Below are positions 58,041 through 64,000 of a stretch of 64,000 nt of DNA, piece by piece. A program made the translations under genes and the position numbers. Each line of letters opens with the position of its first letter. The first letter of the stretch is position 1. The stretch covers positions 544,001-608,000 of the forward strand of contig OZ245742.1 in assembly GCA_965227295.1 (NCBI GenBank). The letters are read 5' to 3'. Origin of the DNA: Leptonemataceae bacterium (GTDB lineage Bacteria > Spirochaetota > Leptospiria > Leptospirales > Leptonemataceae). Under the pieces are notes generated by a model. It was given only the letters and a program-made list of their open reading frames with translations, was not told the DNA's origin and made no database searches.

Positions 58041-59894
58041 ATGATACGAAACAAGAACGATTGGAAGCTCAAGATCCTGATCCTCCTCGCCGGAGCGGGA
58101 ATCACCGCGCCGGTCCTCGCCGGCGGCGAAGACCGCGTACCGGTTCTGACCTTTTCGAATGCGACCGAAGAAGTGCGGATCCAGGACGAACTGGAGAGTC
58201 TCGCCGATCCGTCCGGAAGCCTCGACATAACGGCGGTGCGGCGACTGGATTTCGAACCGTTCGCCGGTTCTCCCGGCTATGCCTCCGGTGCTTTCTGGTA
58301 TCGAACGAAAATCCACAACGCCGCGGGCACAGACGAACTTGTCCTGGAAATCACCTACCCGGTCCTGGACCACATCGATCTCTACGTCGTTCCGGACTCG
58401 CAGGCTGCCGCCGAATCACGACAGCGGGGCGGCGACGCCCTCGCCTTTGCGCAACGTGAGTTTCACTACCGCAACTTCGCGTTCCCGCTACACATCGCCC
58501 GGGGGACATCGGCGACGATCTACCTGCGCGTGGAGACCGACAGCTCCGTCCAGGTTCCGATCGTCTTGCGCACCGAACAGGCGTTTCATCGGCATCGCCA
58601 GTCCGGCGAGGCCGTCCTGGCGTTCTACTACGGCGGCATGATCATCATGGCGGCGTACAACTTCTTTTTGTTCTTTGCGCTGCGCGATCGTTCGTATCTG
58701 CACTACGTCGCGCTGAACCTTTCGCTCGTCTTTATCCTGCTCGTCCAGAACGGCCTGGCCTACCAGTACCTCTGGCCGACCTCGATCTGGTGGAACGACC
58801 GCGCCCAGGCGCTCAGCGTGTTGATCGGTTCCGCCTTCACTCTGGCGTTTTGCCGCTCCTTTCTCGGATTGCGTTCGGTGCTGCCCCGCCTGGACCTGGT
58901 CGTCCGCATCATCATCGCCGCCATTGCTGTCGCAAGCGTAGCTTCTCTTCATATAGACTTAAGAACAAGTCTGCGCATCGCCTCGCTGGCGGCCATCACG
59001 GCGGCCGTCCTGGGATTGATCGTCGGTTTTGCCGCCGTGCTTCAGGGACGGCGAGCGGCGCGGTTCTATCTCCTGGCCGAGGCGGCGCTCATCCTCTTCG
59101 CCGTCCCCATGGCCCTGCGCAACTTCGGCCTCTTGCCGCATTCTTTTTTTACGACGTACGGCCTGCACATCGGCTCATTGATCGAGGTCACTCTGCTGTC
59201 GTTTGCATTGGCGGACCGCATCAACATCATCACACAGGAACGCGAGCAGGCCCGGGCCCGGGCGACAAAACTGGAACTCCGGGCGGCCCGGGAACGCGAA
59301 AGCCTGCTCGCGGATTTTCACGATCATCTCGGCGGCAACCTCACCGACATCCACGTACTTGCCCGGCGCTTAAACGATGAACAACCGCAGAGTAGCGTGC
59401 TCACCGAAATCGCCGAACGTTCGCGGGTCCTTATGCATAACTTCCAGGACGCCCTGTCCGCAGGAGACGACCTGCGCGAACTCCAGGACAACTTCATCGA
59501 GGGTCTGCGGCTCATTCTACTGCGACGCTACGCCCGCGCGGAACGGCCGTTGCTCTTCGAAACGGATGCGAACACCGAACGCCGGCTCGCCGGGGCGGAC
59601 GACGATCTACTGCGCTGCATCCACGCGATCAGCCGGGAACTGGTGACGAACGATCTCAAGTACGGCGCGGGCACGGCGGAATGGGAACTGCGTTTGGCCG
59701 ACGCTTCCAACCTGCAACTGCGATGTACCGCCGACACCCGGGGCGCCGATGCGGACATGCACGGCGGCGGCCGCGGTCTGGAGAACATCCGCGCGCGCCT
59801 GGCGGAATTCGACGGCGAACTCACGGTACAGAATCACGCCGGCCGGCATGAGGTCCGGGTCTTGCTGCGCCTGAATGCGGCTGCCCGCGCCTAA
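58041..59894 (+). CDS. 7TM-DISM sensor histidine kinase
   Basis: 7TMR-DISMED2-like 'GYASGAFWYR...LDHIDLY', 7TM region 'YNFFLF...YLHYV...LSFALADRI', H-box 'DFHDHLG', 'ELVTNDLKY', 'GRGLENI'. Start is uncertain. Confidence 0.85.
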   Translation: MIRNKNDWKLKILILLAGAGITAPVLAGGEDRVPVLTFSNATEEVRIQDELESLADPSGSLDITAVRRLDFEPFAGSPGYASGAFWYRTKIHNAAGTDELVLEITYPVLDHIDLYVVPDSQAAAESRQRGGDALAFAQREFHYRNFAFPLHIARGTSATIYLRVETDSSVQVPIVLRTEQAFHRHRQSGEAVLAFYYGGMIIMAAYNFFLFFALRDRSYLHYVALNLSLVFILLVQNGLAYQYLWPTSIWWNDRAQALSVLIGSAFTLAFCRSFLGLRSVLPRLDLVVRIIIAAIAVASVASLHIDLRTSLRIASLAAITAAVLGLIVGFAAVLQGRRAARFYLLAEAALILFAVPMALRNFGLLPHSFFTTYGLHIGSLIEVTLLSFALADRINIITQEREQARARATKLELRAARERESLLADFHDHLGGNLTDIHVLARRLNDEQPQSSVLTEIAERSRVLMHNFQDALSAGDDLRELQDNFIEGLRLILLRRYARAERPLLFETDANTERRLAGADDDLLRCIHAISRELVTNDLKYGAGTAEWELRLADASNLQLRCTADTRGADADMHGGGRGLENIRARLAEFDGELTVQNHAGRHEVRVLLRLNAAARA

Positions 59895-61384
59895 ATATCC
59901 AGCCAGAGAAACTTAAGCGTATGCCCGCCGACGCTGGTGCGCCCGCCGGGCAACTCCACGCCCGGATGATCGCGGCGATAGCCCAGAAAACCGCCGAGGA
60001 ATTCCACGGACCAGTACTCGGGCTCGTTGTGGGTTTCGAAACCGAGCAGGAAATGATGCCCCGAGTCCCGTTCGGGATTCCAGTAGCGCGAGTAGAGGCG
60101 AAACATGGTGGCGAAATACCGGTCGCCGTTTTCGTAGATGTTGTACTCGAAGAGGGACCAGAAGACGCCCCACACGCGCTCGAATTCATCGGAACGCAGC
60201 GGCCACAATGTAAGCGAACGAAACTCGGTTCGTCCGCGGCTGTCATCGATGTAATAAAAGAGCGGCCAGATCTTGAAGTACTTCTCGGTGTCCTGCGTCT
60301 TCTTGAAGTAGGTGTCCGAGTTCCAGTAGAAGGGAATTAGAATATCGTAATCGCTTTCGAGGATGACGGAGTGAGTTTGCAGATTCACCCAGAACGGCGT
60401 AATAAATTCGGCAGATTTGTAGTAGGCCTCTTCGGTTTCTTCCTCGGTGGCGTCGGGCGGAATCTCCGAACCGAAACGATAGTTGCCGTAAAACGGGAAG
60501 ATGATGTGCTTACGAATGCGCGGGCTTTCGTTGCGCGAGTACTGATACAAAAAGAACAGCGCGTTGAAATCCAGGGCTTCGGTTTGTTTATCTTCACCGT
60601 ACGCCACAAAGCCGCCGAGGAGCGGCAACCACAGAAACGTATGCGCGCTCAGGTTCCCCTGGTCCGACCACTTGCGGCCGTAAAACGGAAACGCGAAGAA
60701 CCAGTGTCGCGGTTCTTTTTTATCCAGGGCCTCCGAGCCCCATTGAAAGAACGGCCACAGCACGGTCTTGCGATCGTACTTACCCTTGTGATGTTTGCGC
60801 GAGTACAGCGGCAGCACGCGAAAGTCGTTGCGCGTCTTCGATCCGCCCCACATGATCAGCGGCCACAGTAACGAACGCGCTTTATAATCGCGGTGCGACC
60901 AGCTTGAGTACAACGGAAACAGGAAGTAATTGATCTCCGACCAGCCGAACTTGTTCTTCAGGCGCCCGTAAAACGGAAACACCGAAACGTAGCGCTCGCC
61001 CGATGCATCGCCGCTGCCGAAGCCCAGGATCGGTGACAGGAAGTCCGAGTCTTCGGCGGTGTCCTCGTGGTAATAATCGTCGCCGGTAAAGAAGTACAAC
61101 AACGTCCAGCGGTTCCAGTAGTTCGTGCCGTGACTGTAGAAGATCGGATAGAGGACGTTATGGTACGTGTAGGCCTTTTCATCGCTATGATAGCGATGAT
61201 AAAACGGATGCACAATGAACTCGTGCTGCCCCGGCGCACTGGTGCTTTCGTAGAGAAACAGGAACTGCCAGTACTCGCGCCGCGTTTCGTCTTCCACGCG
61301 CGTGGGCATGCGGGCCTCCAACAGCGACGGCAAAAAGAACAGGCATGTCCCGAGGATTAAGAAGAAAAAACGCAACATGGGCAT
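59891..61384 (-). CDS. Exported hypothetical protein with aromatic 'FPFY/WP' repeats
   Basis: Signal peptide 'MLRFFFLILGTCLFFLPSLLEA' and many [F/L/W]P[F/L][Y/F/W] units. The upstream part of the track ORF reads through a palindrome and is probably not real. Confidence 0.75.
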   Translation of the reverse strand: MPMLRFFFLILGTCLFFLPSLLEARMPTRVEDETRREYWQFLFLYESTSAPGQHEFIVHPFYHRYHSDEKAYTYHNVLYPIFYSHGTNYWNRWTLLYFFTGDDYYHEDTAEDSDFLSPILGFGSGDASGERYVSVFPFYGRLKNKFGWSEINYFLFPLYSSWSHRDYKARSLLWPLIMWGGSKTRNDFRVLPLYSRKHHKGKYDRKTVLWPFFQWGSEALDKKEPRHWFFAFPFYGRKWSDQGNLSAHTFLWLPLLGGFVAYGEDKQTEALDFNALFFLYQYSRNESPRIRKHIIFPFYGNYRFGSEIPPDATEEETEEAYYKSAEFITPFWVNLQTHSVILESDYDILIPFYWNSDTYFKKTQDTEKYFKIWPLFYYIDDSRGRTEFRSLTLWPLRSDEFERVWGVFWSLFEYNIYENGDRYFATMFRLYSRYWNPERDSGHHFLLGFETHNEPEYWSVEFLGGFLGYRRDHPGVELPGGRTSVGGHTLKFLWLDI

Positions 61385-61401
61385 AGGATCATTCGGGCGT
61401 C

Positions 61402-61520
61402 TCGCCCGGCCGCGCCGCCGAGGCGGCCGGGCGACCGCGCTGCTCCGCACTCCGCGTTCGCTTCGGTCCTCCGCTTCGCTCCGGACTGGCGCTGCGCGCC
61501 ATGCTCCGCATCGCTGACGC
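61402..61520. repeat. GC-rich multi-hairpin intergenic element (REP-like)
   Basis: Perfect 12-bp inverted repeat TCGCCCGGCCGC/GCGGCCGGGCGA (61402-61434), then GTCC..GGAC and TGGCGC..GCGCCA hairpins, with a repeated GCTCCGCA. Confidence 0.55.
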
Positions 61521-61631
61521 GAAGACGGAACCACGAGCCTTTCTGCACACAACTCAGGCCCCCGTGGATCGTCCACGAAAAGCCGGATTTCCTCTTTATT
61601 TCCCGGCCCCTTCCAGAATTATGGCCGCACT

Positions 61632-63293
61632 ATGGACGGCGGATCAGGCAATTCTTCTATCTCTCTCGACAATCCCTTTCGCAAGGACAACGACGGCGAC
61701 GACACGCCGCTCAATGCATATACCGAAACCCTGAAAATGGGCCGCGAGCTCATTGATCGCCCGCTCCAGGGCGGCGGCAAGGCCCGGGTCATGGTCCAGC
61801 ACTCGAAGGGCCGCATGACCGTCTGGGAACGGATCCAGGTCCTCACCCGCGAAGACCCGAACATCCTCTTTCAGAACTGGGGCCCGGCCCTCGACGGCGC
61901 AAGCATCGTTACGGGTATCCTCAATATTAAAGGCCGGGACGTCGCGCTCTACGGCCACGACTTCACCGTCCGCGCCGGCTCCATGGACGCCACCAACGGC
62001 GCGAAGCTCGCCCGGCTCATCCACATGGCCGGCGAACACGGCATCCCGCTGGTCGGCATGAACGACTCCGCCGGCGCTTACGTCCCCGCCGGCGTGGGCG
62101 GCCTCGACGGTTACTCCGAAGCCTTCACGGCCCTGCGCAAAGTCAGCGGCGTCATCCCGAGCATCATGCTCATGTTCGGCTACAACGCCGGCGGCGGTGC
62201 GTACCTTCCGCGCCAGGGATCGTTCATGATCCAGTGCCAGGATACCTTCTTCGGTCTCACCGGTGCCGGCGTCGTCAAAGAAGTCCTCGGCGAAGACGTT
62301 ACCCCGGACGAACTGGGCGGACCGGGCGTGCACGGCCAGAGCGGCGTCGTCGACCTGGTGGCCCCGGATGAACTGGGCTCGCTGCGCAAGTGCCTGCGCC
62401 TGCTCGATTACATTCCGAACAACAACTACGAGTTCGCCCCGTTCCATCAAACGAGCGACCCCATCGATCGCAAGACTTACGAAATCGATCTGCTCTTAAA
62501 CAAAACGTTCACGTCGCCCGCCGGCTTCAACACGCCGTTCGACATGACACTCATCATCCAGCAGCTCTGCGACCACGGCGCGTTCTTCGAACTGCAGCCC
62601 CAGCGGAACCGCAACCTGCTCACGGCCTTCGGTCGCCTGGGCGGTCATGTCGTCGGTTTCATGGCGAACAACTCCGCGGAGTCCAGCGGTCAGATCGACA
62701 TCGGCGCGGCATACAAGGGCGCGCGCTTCATTCGCTTCTGCAATCTATACAACATTCCGGTCATCTTCCTCGAGGACACCACCGGCTTTCTCCCGGGCCG
62801 CGAGCAGGAGAGCGCGGGCATCGTCCAGGCCGGCCGCGCCATTATGGATTCGATCATCGACCTGCGTACGCCGCGCCTGCTGCTGATCGTGCGCAACGCC
62901 TTCGGCGGCGCGTACGCCATCTGGAACTCGCATCACGTCGGCGCCGACCTGGTGCTCACCTATCCCACGGCCCGCGTGGCGGTGATGGGTCCGGCGGGCA
63001 AAGAGTTCGTCTACAAAAAAGAAATCCAGGCTGCGCGTAAGAAGTATTTAGAAGATGTTAAGGCCGGCGCCCCCGAGGCCGAGGCGAAGGCCGAACTGGA
63101 CCGCCTGCTCGTAGATCTGGGCCAGCGCTATGAAAAAGAACTCATGAACCCGAAGGAAGCCCTGTCCCTCGGTTCCATCTCTCGCGTGGTCATGCCGGAG
63201 GATTCGCGCAGTGTGCTGGCGGAGAATTTGAACTATCTCATGCGGCACTATACGCCGGGCCCGCTGACGGAACCGCAGAGAGAGTTTCATTGA
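61632..63293 (+). CDS. Acyl-CoA carboxylase carboxyltransferase (beta) subunit
   Basis: '[10 protein letters not shown]', 'HDFTVRAGS', 'NDSAGA', 'AGGGAY', '[10 protein letters not shown]', 'AFGGAY', 'AVMG'. Confidence 0.93.
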   Translation: MDGGSGNSSISLDNPFRKDNDGDDTPLNAYTETLKMGRELIDRPLQGGGKARVMVQHSKGRMTVWERIQVLTREDPNILFQNWGPALDGASIVTGILNIKGRDVALYGHDFTVRAGSMDATNGAKLARLIHMAGEHGIPLVGMNDSAGAYVPAGVGGLDGYSEAFTALRKVSGVIPSIMLMFGYNAGGGAYLPRQGSFMIQCQDTFFGLTGAGVVKEVLGEDVTPDELGGPGVHGQSGVVDLVAPDELGSLRKCLRLLDYIPNNNYEFAPFHQTSDPIDRKTYEIDLLLNKTFTSPAGFNTPFDMTLIIQQLCDHGAFFELQPQRNRNLLTAFGRLGGHVVGFMANNSAESSGQIDIGAAYKGARFIRFCNLYNIPVIFLEDTTGFLPGREQESAGIVQAGRAIMDSIIDLRTPRLLLIVRNAFGGAYAIWNSHHVGADLVLTYPTARVAVMGPAGKEFVYKKEIQAARKKYLEDVKAGAPEAEAKAELDRLLVDLGQRYEKELMNPKEALSLGSISRVVMPEDSRSVLAENLNYLMRHYTPGPLTEPQREFH

Positions 63294-63396
63294 GCGCGGG
63301 AGGAAACCCGAAAACTCCAAAGCTTCTCTGCTTAGAAATTACTTGCACAAAGAGCTGCTGTCGGTGTAATCTGGAGCACCTGGCGAAGGTGAGATC

Positions 63397-63567
63397 ATGG
63401 CTGTAACAATCATTGATGAATATGGCAACATGCGGGAGTGGCAGACCGAAAAGCTCTTAAAACGCCGGGTCGCGGAACTGAAGATTGACGAATTAGAAGA
63501 ACTGGACGACAATCAGGTCTGGGAAAAAATTGAGGAGTACATCGAACAGGATAAAGAATCCCGGTGA
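63397..63567 (+). CDS. Small acidic hypothetical protein (56 aa, below track cutoff)
   Basis: MAVTIIDEYGNMREWQTEKLLKRRVAELKIDELEELDDNQVWEKIEEYIEQDKESR. Preceded by AAGGTGAG; its stop overlaps the next GTG (GTGA). Confidence 0.6.
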   Translation: MAVTIIDEYGNMREWQTEKLLKRRVAELKIDELEELDDNQVWEKIEEYIEQDKESR

Positions 63568-64000
63568 ACGAAATCCCCGCGATTAGCCTGGTCTATTGGC
63601 TGGTCATATGCATCCCGGGCTACATTTCACTTATTTTCTATCGCCTGGCAATTAACTCCCGACCTCGCAGCAGCTACGAATTCCTGCTCCAGGCAGGCAT
63701 ATTCGGGGCCTTCCTCTTTATACTAAGTCGACTTGCTTTTCTCGTTCTGTATGGATTAGCACCTGTTGCTTTCGACCACGTAAAACATGCGCTGAACGCC
63801 GTTATCTTCGTTCCTTATGTCGGTACCGTTATTCTGGCGACGGTGGGGGCTCCCTTCGCTGGATTGCTTGCCGGATACTTCTTACGCTCCATACACCGCA
63901 GTCCGCAGTGGATTAGTCGCCGCCTATCGTTCCTGTCATATATACCCGGCGATCAAGATGCCCTGGAGAGCATCGAACGGAGTCGCTTTCCATTCGTATG
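63564..64000 (+). CDS. Membrane hypothetical protein (possibly DUF6338-like), truncated by window edge
   Basis: Frame from GTG 63564 is open to the end: MNEIPAISLVYWLVICIPGYISLIFYRL... with three hydrophobic segments and a 'PGY' motif. Confidence 0.65.
   Translation, partial: MNEIPAISLVYWLVICIPGYISLIFYRLAINSRPRSSYEFLLQAGIFGAFLFILSRLAFLVLYGLAPVAFDHVKHALNAVIFVPYVGTVILATVGAPFAGLLAGYFLRSIHRSPQWISRRLSFLSYIPGDQDALESIERSRFPFV

Overview
High-GC bacterial chromosomal segment, most likely from a Leptospirales (Leptospiraceae-like) spirochete, judged from the L14 insertion '[17 protein letters not shown]' and a Leptospira-like accessory gene set. The centre (about 16.4-47.2 kb, all minus strand) is one contiguous transcription/translation supercluster: tRNA-Thr, tRNA-Trp, secE-nusG-rplKAJL-rpoBC-rpsLG-fusA-tuf and the S10-spc-alpha genes, with no rpsD. 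The left flank carries oxidoreductases, a Na+/solute symporter, a desaturase, tRNA-Val, AsmA, a sirtuin, DedA, a GT4 glycosyltransferase and an Rrf2 regulator. The right flank carries an MBOAT/partner pair, an Mla-like ABC system with two MCE proteins, a 7TM-DISM kinase, an aromatic-repeat protein, a carboxyltransferase and the start of an AT-richer segment. The most unusual element is a non-coding tandem array at about 2783-3981: three diverged 340-435 bp units, each forming a long colinear imperfect palindrome (170-230 nt), with variable-length hairpin inserts and a GC-rich junction hairpin. It may be a structured RNA or a fold-back/REPIN-like element. Several smaller palindromic elements lie in other intergenic gaps. 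No integrase, transposase or CRISPR array is visible. All protein calls come from motif recognition by eye, not database searches.
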